This document shows, in pieces, positions 12,453-24,284 of a DNA stretch of 64,000 nucleotides. The stretch's first letter is position 1; the number at the start of each line of letters is the position of its first letter. A program made the position numbers and the translations under genes. The notes under the pieces were generated by a model. The model ran no database searches. It had not been told where the DNA came from and saw only the letters and a program-made list of their open reading frames with translations. Location of the stretch: the NCBI GenBank assembly GCA_050613775.1, contig JBODTK010000106.1:62001-126000 (forward strand). Direction: 5' to 3'. This stretch comes from Neocallimastix sp. 'constans' (taxonomy: Eukaryota).

Positions 12453-13737
12453 TTAGCAAACTTTTTGGTAGCAACCTCCAATCATTTCAAAACGGCATCC
12501 AGCCATTTCAAATTCTGATGGATAGGTTAACCTTGGATAATCATGACACTTCTTATATTCATTACTTTGAATATTCATCCATGCTGGGAAAGGTCTCATA
12601 CCTAAATCCATACTAAGAGTTTGAAGTGCTAGTGCAGTTTCAACAGCTTCAAAAATTTGATTAGTATCAATATTAAGATTAACAGAATGATTTACTTTCT
12701 TTCCCATATTTGAGTTATTCATATTATTTGGACTATTATTATTATTATTATTGCAAATATTTTCCCAACTCTGTCTTTGGACAGCATTACAGTTATTCAC
12801 ATTATATCCATCATTAACTGGATAAGAATTACTACGACTGTTTGTATCTATTGGCATATTATTGTAGTTCTTTATATTTGATGTATTCTTCACTTGAAGT
12901 GATGAATTCATTGAATTATTACGGGCTGCAAATGCTTTAGAAGCATTAACTTTTGGATGAGATCTTCTTCTTTTTCTTTCAGTTGTGATTCCATTATCAG
13001 ATACGGATGATCTACGTTTCCTAGAAGTACCAGTAATGGTTGAAGAATACTTAGCTGAAGAATTTTTAGACAATGGAACTGGAGTATTTGTCGCGGTAGA
13101 AGCAACACTTGAAGAAGCCGAAGATGAAGAATAAGTATCAATATCTGAAGGAGGTGGTGTTAATTCATTCAAATTATATTTTAATGAAGATATGGTATTA
13201 GATTTATTATTATTGTTGTTATTATGTTTTTGATGTTTTGCTCTTTTTTTAGTTGGTTGAACAGAAGTTGGTGCTTTCGGTCTAGCTTCTTTTGCAAATT
13301 GTTCACCAAATATTTGAGTTAATTCATAACGAATACTATAGCAATATTCTTTAGCGGCTTCATATGCATCATCAAAAGGTATCCAGGTTCCTTGAATTTT
13401 TAAAATACCACCTCTATTTAATAATATATTTAAATCATATTTTTAAAAAATTAAATTAACAAACTTTTAATAAAAGCATTTTTTAATAATATCTTTTAAT
13501 ATACCTTATCTTTCTAATATCTTTTGCTGTTTTTTCAACATTTTCCATCTCTTTCATTATATTTCTTCCTTCACCCCTTTTACTCCATCCCATGGCTTTA
13601 CGAATACTAGTCCAATTTACATAACCACATTCTGAATCCCACATAACTATAGTACCATTAGAACTAATAAATTCGTATACAGATATATAACCGCGTTCAT
13701 CTTGTGAGGTATTGTAGATATTCTTATTAATAGTCAT
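12453..13737 (-). CDS. APSES/KilA-N domain transcription factor, Xbp1-like; two exons (13737-13505, 13413-12453)
   Basis: Splicing out the GT..AG intron 13504-13414 gives VMWDSECGYVNWTSIRKA...KIRGGILKIQGTWIPFDDAYEAAKEYCYSIRYELTQIFG, the Xbp1-type APSES signature, followed by an S/N-rich tail. Confidence 0.85.
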
Positions 13738-14411
13738 TTTTAAAAATTTATTTTAATTAATTTAATAAAATAAAATAAAATAATTGTTTTATAATTATAT
13801 AATATTCGAAATATTATTTATAAATTTAAAATTGAATATAAAATTAGCTGTTATTAGCTTTTTATCAATATACAGCAAATATTATATTGAATGTAAATAA
13901 ATTAATGGGTGTAAATCTTTTAATTTATATAAAAATATATTAACTTGAAAATTAAATTAAAATGAATTCAATTAAAGACAAGAAAAATTTAAAATAAAAA
14001 ATGTTTTTTCGACTTTATAAATCTTTTTTTAAATTTTTTATTTTTTTATTTTTTTTTTTTCTTTAGTATTTTTTTGTGTTTGTTCTTATTTTGTTTGTAT
14101 TTTTTCTTATTTAAATTGTTAAACTAATACTGCTATTATTATAATTATATTTATACTTATATACATATAATATATTGATTAATATTGATTAATGGGAAAG
14201 CACTTTTATATATTAATTAATAAAATAATTAATAATAAACTAATTTTAATCGAACGATAATTATTAATTTATAATAACAAAATAAAAAAAAAAAGGATTC
14301 TTTAAAGATATTTATATATAAAAAATATGATTAAAAAAAATGAATAGTTAAATTAGTAACATATAAAATATAAAAGTAATTAAAATTTATAAATTTTTAA
14401 TTAAAAATTAT

Positions 14412-14463
<52 letters not shown>

Positions 14464-14982
14464 ACTTATTCTATGGTAATATATACATTAAATTGTAATA
14501 AATTATTTTTATTTTATTGTAGTAAATATGTAATATATCTAAATTTATTATAAATTAAAATTTCGTATTATCATTATAAAAATATCATAATTCCAAATAT
14601 ATATGACTTAAAAAACAATTAATATTTGAGTTATTTATTAAAAAAAAATATTCATAAATTAATTATATACACCATATAAATAAAAGTATTAATTGAATAA
14701 TTTGTTTAAAATTTGAAAAATATTTACCATAAAATTTTCTTTAATAAGAACAGAGTTCAATTAAAATAACAAACTTTAAAAATCACAACATATATTTTAT
14801 TTTAAACTATTATAATATGGTAATGGATGATACATACATAGTATATGTAAATGAAAATTGACTGTAAAATAGTTATTTTGATAAATTGATAAACAATTAT
14901 AGAATTTTTTTTTTTATATAATGGAAGAATTATTTTTATTTTTTTATTTTTATTTTTATTTTTTTTATTTTTACTTTTTTAA

Positions 14983-15025
<43 letters not shown>

Positions 15026-15968
15026 AATTATTATATTATAATGAACTTTTTGAAAAAATAATTAAAAAAAGGAACATATCTAAAAGATTACTAAAATAAT
15101 AATATAAACTGATTTATTGAAATTATATATTAACTTTAATATAAAAAATTTTTAAAACAATACTAATCGCGAAACTTCATTTAAAATAAAATAAAATGAA
15201 AAAGAATAATGTTAACAATTTTTAAAATAAAATAAATTAATTACTATTAGAATATAATTAATAATAAGCTTATATTAAATTTTTTAAATTTGAAAAATAT
15301 ATTCAAATATGATTTTTTTTAAAAAAAGTTTTAAAAATGAATAAATATAAAATAATTAATTTTTTTTTTTTTTAATTATTAAAATAAATGGTACATTAAT
15401 ATTTAAAAAGTATTATTATTGCAAAAATGTAATAATAATAATAATAATCATTATATTTAAAATATTATAATATAATAATTAATTATCATAAGTTAAATTT
15501 TACAATACTTCACTAAATTATATAAATTTCAAAATTATCAAGTTAAAAAAAATTTCAAATACGATAAAAAAAATCTATCTATATCATATTCAAATTATGT
15601 AATAATGTATAATAATTCAAATATATTTTGAAATTAATTTTTGACAATAAAATTTAATTACTTAACTTTGTTATTTATTAAACTATTTAATTAAAATTTA
15701 TATACATTTATATACATTTACTCAATTAAAACATTTATAGAAAGAACAAACTAAAATTATAAAATATATACATAGAAACATAATAGAACCGAATTTTAAA
15801 GTCAATTATTTTATATTTATTGCAATAAATTAACAAAAAAATATGACACATAAAAGTTTTAAGAAATGAAAAAAACAGTTTAAACTAATTATATCTTTAT
15901 TATTTAATTTTTATTATTTAGTTTTTTATGATTAATTTATTTTCATAGCATAATAAATGTATTATATG

Positions 15969-16007
<39 letters not shown>

Positions 16008-16810
16008 AAAAAAAAATTAAAAATAGAAAATATAATATACATATTCATATATATATATATATAACAAATTTTTAAAATAATTTTAAAATTAAAAAAAATA
16101 TGACTCGAGATAAAGAGATATATTGAATGAATATACTAATAGTTTATTATATATTAATAATATAAATATAATTTTAAAATTTCATATTTAATATTATTTA
16201 TATTGATTATCAAGCTATATAAAGTTTAATTAAAAAACTCGATTATTAAATTTATTAAACTTAAATTTTAAGGATTAGAATAAATACTGTTGATTTAATA
16301 AAATAATAATAATTATAAAAAAAATGAATCGAGTATTTTCTGAATATATATAAATTTTGTTATGAATTTAATTGAATAAATTTTTGTTAAGATAAATTTG
16401 AAAAATATTGTCCATTAAGACATAAACGTATTAAATATTATATTTTCATTATAAATATAACATAAATATGTATATGTAAATAAAAAACAATTTATTATTT
16501 TTTTTAAACTTCCAATTGATATATTTATACTATAATTAAAAAATATATTAAATATAATATATTAAAATATTGGTATTATCGAATTAAAATTTTGATATAA
16601 AACTTTATTTATTCATGACTTATTTTAAAATAATAAATTACAACAAAAAATTATCTCCGACAACTTAAAAATGAAAAGAAAATATATAATTATTATATTG
16701 AAATTTGTATATAAATTTTTTAACAATTTTAGAATTCTGTAACAACAAAGAAAAAAATTGCTTATTAAAAATAATCAAAAACAAGCTTTGCCAACATTAA
16801 CATTTTTTTT

Positions 16811-16846
<36 letters not shown>

Positions 16847-18859
16847 GATTCAATTAAAATATATTATTTTGATACTTTATTCATTACAGATTTTATATAT
16901 ATTACTTAATTTTCAAACAATATTTCTTTTATTTATTTTTTATTCAAATATAGGATAATATTTTCGTATGTAATACCAAAATTTTTCTCTAATTTAATTA
17001 ATATCAAAGGTTTGTTTTAATTAATAATCATTTTTTTCTTAATATTCATAATACAAATTTTAATGTAATATAATAAAATAATTAATTATTGAAAAATTAA
17101 TTTATTATATTATTCTTAATATAACCTTCTACTAATTTTTTATAATAAAATTTATAAATTAATTATTTTTATTAATAATCATTAATGAAAAAACTATTTA
17201 ACTGAATATACAAATGTGCATATTATATATTATGTATAATAAAAGTTTACATACGAAAAAATTGATATAACAAATAATAATATAAAAACTATAAAAAAAA
17301 AAATAAAAAAATTATATATATATTACTAGTATTTGTTACTCAAAGAAATTCGAATATTCAGTTTATATAAAATTTATGTAAAATTTTGGTATAAATTGAA
17401 TGTTAAAGATATCATAAAATATATTATACATATTCATTTATATTAAATTTCAAAAGTATATAAACTATTTAAAATTTTTAAAAGTTGTTCTTATTTTTGT
17501 ATCCTTTGTTTTCTTATTCTTATTGTTATTTTTAGCTAATAAACTATTTATAAATTTATTTTAAGAATTAAGTATTATCACTAAATATAAATATTTTTGT
17601 TTGAAAAAAATGATTGAATACTAAAAATTTAAAGTTTTCACTGAACATATATATATATTTTTTATAAAAAATGAATAGTTATTATTAAATATTAATAAAT
17701 AAATTATTTAGATCATTTATGAATCTTTTTTAAATATAAAAATATTTAATAAGATATCAGTAAAATATTTGTTTAAATAGACTAGTTATTAAACAAAATC
17801 TAATTAAAATATTAATCTTGGATTAAGTGTACATAATAAAAGTAATATAATAACAGTAATATTAATAATATAAAAAATTTTTAGTTATGTTATTTAATAA
17901 TTATTTCATAAATAAAATTTTTAATTATTTATTTTATCTTATTATTGGCTATTTTCCAGCTTTTTTTATTTAATTTATTATTTCTTATTTTAAATATACT
18001 AAATGCAAGATTATCCATGCTAGAAAAAAGTATTGATTGCTAAATTAAAAAGTTGATTATATATAAAATAAATTTCTTTAATACAATCAATACGATTAAT
18101 TGAAATATATAATTTCTTAATATTTATTTTTCACTTAATCTTAAATATTAAGGGTTATTTTTATTATTATATATATATTGAAGGTTACACAAAAAATTTT
18201 TTATACTGAAATTGAAATTGTTTATTTATATCACATTTAATTTATTGATAATAATTTTAATTATGACATGATAAAAGAAATTACAAAATTCTCGAAATAT
18301 AGATTTAATTATTTTAATTACAATTTTAGTTATTTTAGAGTCTTCTTATGAAGTATTTTTTTATTGTGAATTATAGATGTTAATATATTTTTATATTATT
18401 AAAAATAAGTTTTATTATGTTATTATGAATTAATTTATTAACCATATCTTATTATTACTAACGGTACTAATTCATTTAGATTATATTTAAAAACCTTATT
18501 TAATGAAGATATACAAGTATATGCAGTAAAATAAATTCATTCTTTGAGTAAAAGAAATCATATTATCATTTTTTTACAGTTCTTTTTAGTTTTGTTTTAT
18601 TATCCCTTTTTTTTGTTTCTAATTAAATATTTTTTTCTTTATTATTTTTATTACTATTGTAATATATTATTTGTTATGTATTTATTTAATTCAGTTTTGC
18701 TAATGAGAAATTATATTATCAAAACAATTACTTATCATGAAGTCTGTTTGAAGATAGGAAATAAATAAATGTATAAAAAATAAAAAATTATATTAAATTA
18801 CATACCAATAATAAGTTAAAGAGAAATAATGAAAAAAAAAAATTTACAAAAGACTAGTA

Positions 18860-18960
18860 TAAATAAAATAAATAAATAAATAACTAAATAAATAACTAAC
18901 TAACTAAATAAATAAATAACTAAATAAATAAATAACTAAATAAATAAATAACTAAATAAC

Positions 18961-19023
<63 letters not shown>

Positions 19024-19030
19024 CTAAATA
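18860..19030. repeat. (TAAA/TAAC)n microsatellite abutting the Copia 5' LTR
   Basis: Direct observation. Confidence 0.9.
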
Positions 19031-19032
19031 AT

Positions 19033-19291
19033 TGTTAGAATACAAAGAAAAATATATTAAATTTATATTAAAATAATTTATGTGTATTAAATAAATTAAA
19101 AGATATTTTTATAATACAACGAACTCGTTGTTAAGCTAATACAATGAAATATATTATGTAATAATTTCTCGTTATATTTTTATTTAGCCACAAATAGTAT
19201 AAATACAAATGTAATCTTATAAATTTTAAAAATCAAGTAATTACTCATATTAAAATAAATAAACTTTAATCAATAAAATATTTTATAAACA
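19033..19291 (+). repeat. Copia 5' LTR
   Basis: TGTTAG...AAACA, repeated at 25329-25586. Confidence 0.93.
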
Positions 19292-19293
19292 AA

Positions 19294-19314
19294 AGATTAA
19301 GAGTCTCATCCTCT
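19294..19314 (+). promoter_or_regulatory. Primer-binding site complementary to the anticodon/D-arm region of tRNA-Lys(CUU)
   Basis: AGATTAAGAGTCTCATCCTCT is the reverse complement of AGAG(C)ATGAGACTCTTAATCT, the conserved eukaryotic tRNA-Lys(CUU) sequence as recalled (one mismatch). Confidence 0.75.
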
Positions 19315-19329
19315 TATACTATCTACGAC

Positions 19330-22300
19330 ATGTCTAACGAAACCAAATTAAGAACTGAAGATATTCTCAATAAGGATAACTTCGAAAACTGGGAATTCCT
19401 TATTAAAAACATTCTCAAATCTTTAAAAATTTTACAGTATGTAAATGAGAATGTAATCGGTAAATTAAATGATAAGCTTAAGGAGGAAAAGGGAAAACCC
19501 AAATCCGACGAAACCGTCAAAGCTATCAAGGACTTGGAAAAGGATATCAAAGAAGCTGAAACTCAAGATGCCTTAGCCAGTACCATTATCAGTAAAAATG
19601 TAAGTCAAGAAGTTTTGAGCTACATAAGATATCTTACCACCGCCTATGATATTATGGAAAAATTAAAGGTCTTATATGGAAAAAAGAAAACTGCTGATCT
19701 CAACTACTGGTTGAAGAAGTTATATTCTTTAAAAGCCAAAAATCTTTCGGAATGCAAGGATATCATTAATCAAATTAAAGAAATCTTTGAAGTAATGGAT
19801 AAGAACAATATCAGACTCGGAACTTGGGAAAAGATCAGGGTTTTATATTTGTCTTATCCAAAAGTTTTAAGAGACCTTATTCATCCTAGTGGAACAGAAA
19901 CAGTTGATGACTTCCTCGAAGAGTCAATCAACAAGATTAATTTCCACATTTTCCTGCATAGTGCTATCAATTTCGATAGAAGCGTCACAGATAAAGGTGA
20001 CTTCATGGATATTGATAACATTGAGTCAAGCGGTTCAAAAAATAATAAAACCAGACCAAGTCCGGAGCCAAACTATTGTTACCTGTGCAAAATGTTTGGA
20101 CATACTACCGATGAATGTAGATTTAACCTTATCAACAAAAACAGGAACAGATCGACTCAAAAAGGCAAGAAGCAATCAAACAAAAAGAAAACTAAAATCA
20201 ATAAAAGGAAAGGTAAAAATAGCCACCAAAAATCAATTGCAAACGTCGAATATGAAGAACGAAATTCTGATGAAGAACTTTCCTTAGAAGAACTTAGGAC
20301 CATGTATGATAAAAATTTAGACAGCTTTGAGCCGTTAGAAGAAAAAAAGAACACTAAAGAAAACTACGAAAATAAATGCATTTCTTTAGTATTAAATTCT
20401 TCAGAAGATACAACGATTTGGACCTTTGATACTGGTGCTTCAGTGCACATTACCAATAACAAAGATATCCTCTCAAACTTTAGAGAAGAAAAGATCTCTA
20501 TGCAGTGTGCAAATAATTCAATCTGTGAGTTTGACGGGGTTGGTACCTATGAAGGAAGTATTAATGGTTACAACATAAAATTCGAAAATGTCCTCTATTC
20601 TAAACAAGTTAACAAGAATCTTCTGAGTGGAATTAAACTTGCGAAGAATGGATTAAAAAGTAACATTAAATCCAGGAGAGACAAAGTTTTTCTCACTTTA
20701 AAAACCACACTTGAAAACAAAAGAACAATTAACATAGGCACATTTAAAGCTAATAAAAACAATACAATTCATATACTTACGAAGAATAAATCGAATTTAA
20801 AGAATTGTATTGACATCGTTTCACCTGAAGAAACAATGGACATAAATGACCAGTCTAAAATGCTATGGCATAGAAGACTTGGACATTTTTATCAAGACAA
20901 TTTAACTAAATATCTAAAACTCCACAATGTCAAAATTAATGAATGCTTAAATTGTAAAATTGCCAAATTAAATAGGAAACCCCATAATGGAGACACTCCA
21001 AAGGCAAAGCATTCACTAGATGTAATCCATTCTGATGTTATCGGTCCTATTTCAAAATCATACTCAGGGAAAAGGTATGTTCTTACTTTTATTGACGAAT
21101 ATACTCGCAAAAGTTGGATCTTCCTCTTGGAAAACAAATCAGAAGTTCCAAGAACAATTATAAATTTCTTTACTTACTTAAATAATCAATTATATTATAA
21201 TATTAAAACTTTTCGTTCGGATCAAGGTACTGAATATAACAATAAAAAGGTACTAAACTACTGCAAGGAACACGGTATAATAAAAACATTTTCACCACCA
21301 TACAATCCTCAAAACAACGGGATTGCTGAACGATTCAACTACACCATTGTAAGTTGTGCAAAAACTTTAATTCAGTGGAGCAAAATGTCTAGTGAGTTTT
21401 GGGATTACGCTATCAAATATGCAAATTTACTTTATAACATAACTCCACATAAAGGAATTGGAAATAAAATTCCAAATGAAATCTATTATAACATAAAGAT
21501 CAGTCTTAAATATATTAAAGTTTTTGGTTGTGATGCCTACTATAAAGATTTTTCACAAGGAAAAATGAAATTTGATAGCAACAGTAAAAAGGGCGTATTT
21601 TTAGGAATAAGCATTGAATCCAATTACTATATAATTATGGATTCAAAGGACTACAGTATTCACTTAGTAAGAGAAGCAGTATTTGATGAAGAAACTCCAT
21701 CAAATTTAACAACCAAGATACGCAACAATAAATTACCAACCAACATTTTCAATAACGACAATTATATTTACGAATTACCAATTATCAACTCTAACGAAAA
21801 TGAAAATACATACGATGATTCTGGAAAATTGATATACAATGAAGAATCTAATGAAGAATCTAATGAAGAATCTAATGAAGAATCTAATGAAGAAAATACA
21901 GAATCCAAAGAAAATAATTCTTCATCAAGAAAAGGTAAGGAATCAGAAATTGATTCACCTGTTTCATCTATTAAAAACAATTATATTAATAAAATTATAA
22001 ATACTCCTATTACTAACAACAAGAAAGATGAGAATAATAACTCTGCTAAAGGTAAGGAACCTGAAGACAATTATCTAAATGATGAAAAAATTGAATCCAT
22101 TGATGATCTCGCTTCAGATTTCCAATCTATTAGTGTTTCAAATGATGAATCAAATTTCTCTGGGGACATTTCTTTAGAAAAGGATAAAATAAAATTTAAT
22201 CCATCCACTAAAAGAAAGTCATCAACTTGTAATATTTCACCTACCAAAAAGAAGATTAACTTAAACAATGAAATATTAAACACTGTTCCCCTTAAACATA

Positions 22301-22506
22301 AATTGATTCATTCCGAACATCCAGAGAGTAAGAAATTAAGACCATCCATGAATGAATCGCATAAAAGACCTGGAAACCCTATTCAATCAGTAACAAAAAG
22401 CACAAGATCTCCCTCGACAATGTTGAAACTTCTAAAAGATGTATTACTGAAACACCTCTTTCATATAAACAAGCCATCACGCGTTCAGATAAAATTCGGT
22501 GGATAG
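19330..22506 (+). CDS. Copia gag-protease-integrase ORF
   Basis: CCHC knuckle CYLCKMFGHTTDEC, protease WTFDTGAS, GAG-pre-integrase LWHRRLGH, integrase HSDV..FRSDQGTEY..PQNNGIAER, FGC..KGVFLG. Confidence 0.93.
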   Translation: MSNETKLRTEDILNKDNFENWEFLIKNILKSLKILQYVNENVIGKLNDKLKEEKGKPKSDETVKAIKDLEKDIKEAETQDALASTIISKNVSQEVLSYIRYLTTAYDIMEKLKVLYGKKKTADLNYWLKKLYSLKAKNLSECKDIINQIKEIFEVMDKNNIRLGTWEKIRVLYLSYPKVLRDLIHPSGTETVDDFLEESINKINFHIFLHSAINFDRSVTDKGDFMDIDNIESSGSKNNKTRPSPEPNYCYLCKMFGHTTDECRFNLINKNRNRSTQKGKKQSNKKKTKINKRKGKNSHQKSIANVEYEERNSDEELSLEELRTMYDKNLDSFEPLEEKKNTKENYENKCISLVLNSSEDTTIWTFDTGASVHITNNKDILSNFREEKISMQCANNSICEFDGVGTYEGSINGYNIKFENVLYSKQVNKNLLSGIKLAKNGLKSNIKSRRDKVFLTLKTTLENKRTINIGTFKANKNNTIHILTKNKSNLKNCIDIVSPEETMDINDQSKMLWHRRLGHFYQDNLTKYLKLHNVKINECLNCKIAKLNRKPHNGDTPKAKHSLDVIHSDVIGPISKSYSGKRYVLTFIDEYTRKSWIFLLENKSEVPRTIINFFTYLNNQLYYNIKTFRSDQGTEYNNKKVLNYCKEHGIIKTFSPPYNPQNNGIAERFNYTIVSCAKTLIQWSKMSSEFWDYAIKYANLLYNITPHKGIGNKIPNEIYYNIKISLKYIKVFGCDAYYKDFSQGKMKFDSNSKKGVFLGISIESNYYIIMDSKDYSIHLVREAVFDEETPSNLTTKIRNNKLPTNIFNNDNYIYELPIINSNENENTYDDSGKLIYNEESNEESNEESNEESNEENTESKENNSSSRKGKESEIDSPVSSIKNNYINKIINTPITNNKKDENNNSAKGKEPEDNYLNDEKIESIDDLASDFQSISVSNDESNFSGDISLEKDKIKFNPSTKRKSSTCNISPTKKKINLNNEILNTVPLKHKLIHSEHPESKKLRPSMNESHKRPGNPIQSVTKSTRSPSTMLKLLKDVLLKHLFHINKPSRVQIKFGG

Positions 22507-23245
22507 AAGCTATGAATTCCGAATTACAAAACTTCTATGACAACCGAACCATGATTTTTGTTAAATCGCTTCCTCCTGATGTTAAACCCATAACTACTAA
22601 GTGGGTCTATATTCTAAAAAAGGACGGTAATGGTAATATCTCAAAATACAAGGCTCGTCTGGTTGCTCGTGGTTTCACCCAGAGAAAGGGAATTGATTAT
22701 AACTTAACATATTCTCCTACCCTTAGTTTAGATAGTCTAAAACTTATAATTGCGCTTGCTTCAAAATTCAATTGGGATCTAATGCAGCTTGATATTAAAG
22801 CTGCCTATCTTAATGCTCCGTTGGATAAGGATATTTATGTTAATATCCCCCCTGGTGACAAGAATTTTGGTAAAGGTTATTAGCTTCTTAGAAAAGCTTT
22901 ATACGGATTAAAACAGTCAGGTCGCCAATGGCACATCCACTTCACAAACTTTCTCAAAAATAATGGTTTCACTCAATTGACATCTGAACCATGTATTTTT
23001 GTTAAAATGGAGGGAGGAAGAGCTGTCTGTATTATTGGAGTTTACGTGGATGACTTATTAATAACAGGAATAAAATACTATATAAATAAAATTATTAAAA
23101 GAATTAAGAAAAACTTTAAAGTTTCAAAATGCAGTGAAGCGGATTATATTTTAGGAATTAATATTGAAAAGGAAAATACAAGCTACGTAATTTCTCAAAT
23201 TCAATTAATAAATGATATATTACAAAAATTCAAAGTTTGTAATGA

Positions 23246-23322
23246 AACCTATTAGTCTAGTGGTTAATAGTTGGAGCTCAGTACAAGATGTCACTGGTTC
23301 GACTCCATCTATTACACTTTTT
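23246..23322 (+). ncRNA. tRNA-like Pol III unit in U3 of the 5' LTR
   Basis: A box TAGTCTAGTGG 23253-23263, B box GGTTCGACTCC 23296-23306 at tRNA-like spacing, T5 run at 23318-23322. Cloverleaf stems are degenerate. Confidence 0.7.
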
Positions 23323-24207
23323 GTTTATTGAAAATATTATTTTGTTAAATTTTATTATAAATTATTTTACCAATCAAATTATTAGTTTTGATTTTATTTT
23401 GATATAAAAACATGTAGTTTAAAATTAGTTTAATAATTTCGAGGTTTCATTAACATTAAACATTAAATAAATAAATAAATAAATAAATATCTTGATAAAA
23501 TAAATGATTTGTTAAATAATATTTTAATATTTAAAGTGTTTTTCAATATTTTACATTTATTTGTTTATTTAAGTTAATACACCAACCTGGTGATTAACCT
23601 AAATCGTTACAATGAAACCTCCCTAAAGCAACTAAGTCACCACCTTGGTGTATTTTGGCTCGTTTTAGTAAACTTTAACTAACTCTATTTATATAATTTC
23701 TTTATATAATATATATTCATATATTTAGATATAACTCTGAAAAACACTTTCTTTGGTCAGTGCTTCTGTAATCCTTATCCGACGTTCTATGTTTTCTGTT
23801 ACACCTGATTCTCAGTTCTAGAATGTTCGTTCCATCAAGAAACTAACCCATCCATCAAGGAAAAATCACTTTCTACCAGTTGGAACCCTTTAGCTCATAT
23901 TTTCTCAACGTTTTATGGAAATTTTTGATCTTCTCGGAAACAAGCCCTTCTCCGCGCATCTTTGCTTCTACCACTATTTCTGCCACTGACTTCTGACTTA
24001 TGGCTAAATCAACCACGAATCCACTAGTTGTAATTTCTCCCAGTCTCTGCTGCTGGTTACCTCTAAACTCGCTGTAATTTCTCCCAGATATACTTCCTGG
24101 TTAGCACTTTTATTCTGTGTAATTTCTCCCAGTTTTCATTGCTGGTTACTTAGTTATTAACCTTAGAACGTCTGGAATCCGTTCCTTGGAGGAGAGCGTT
24201 GTAATGA

Positions 24208-24284
24208 AACCTATTAGTCTAGTGGTTAATAGTTGGAGCTCAGTACAAGATGTCACTGGTTCGACTCCATCTATTACACTTTTT
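24208..24284 (+). ncRNA. tRNA-like Pol III unit in U3 of the 3' LTR (second copy)
   Basis: Same sequence offset by 962 bp. Confidence 0.7.

Noticed and set aside
13740..18850. Hidden genes or RNA in the 5-kb region upstream of the APSES gene (including ORF 18544-18768)
   Set aside because: Near-pure AT sequence with no GC-richer exon-like islands or recognisable motifs; treated as intergenic/regulatory.
22365..22503. Programmed -1 frameshift between integrase and RT
   Set aside because: No canonical slippery heptamer is evident, this is not a usual recoding position for Copia, and other inactivating stops are present. A mutation is more likely.
23246..23317. Functional tRNA gene (possible TCA or CAG anticodon) in the LTR
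   Set aside because: The acceptor stem does not pair, and the anticodon arm has a mismatch and a non-canonical loop. Only the promoter boxes are intact, so no isotype or suppressor call is justified.
23860..23930. Chromodomain remnant (STSWNPLAHI) in the TRIM interior
   Set aside because: Similarity is limited to a few residues with no upstream aromatic-cage motif; not supportable by eye.
24029..24148. CRISPR-like array
   Set aside because: Only three units with 9-14-nt variable parts, inside a eukaryotic retroelement with no cas genes.
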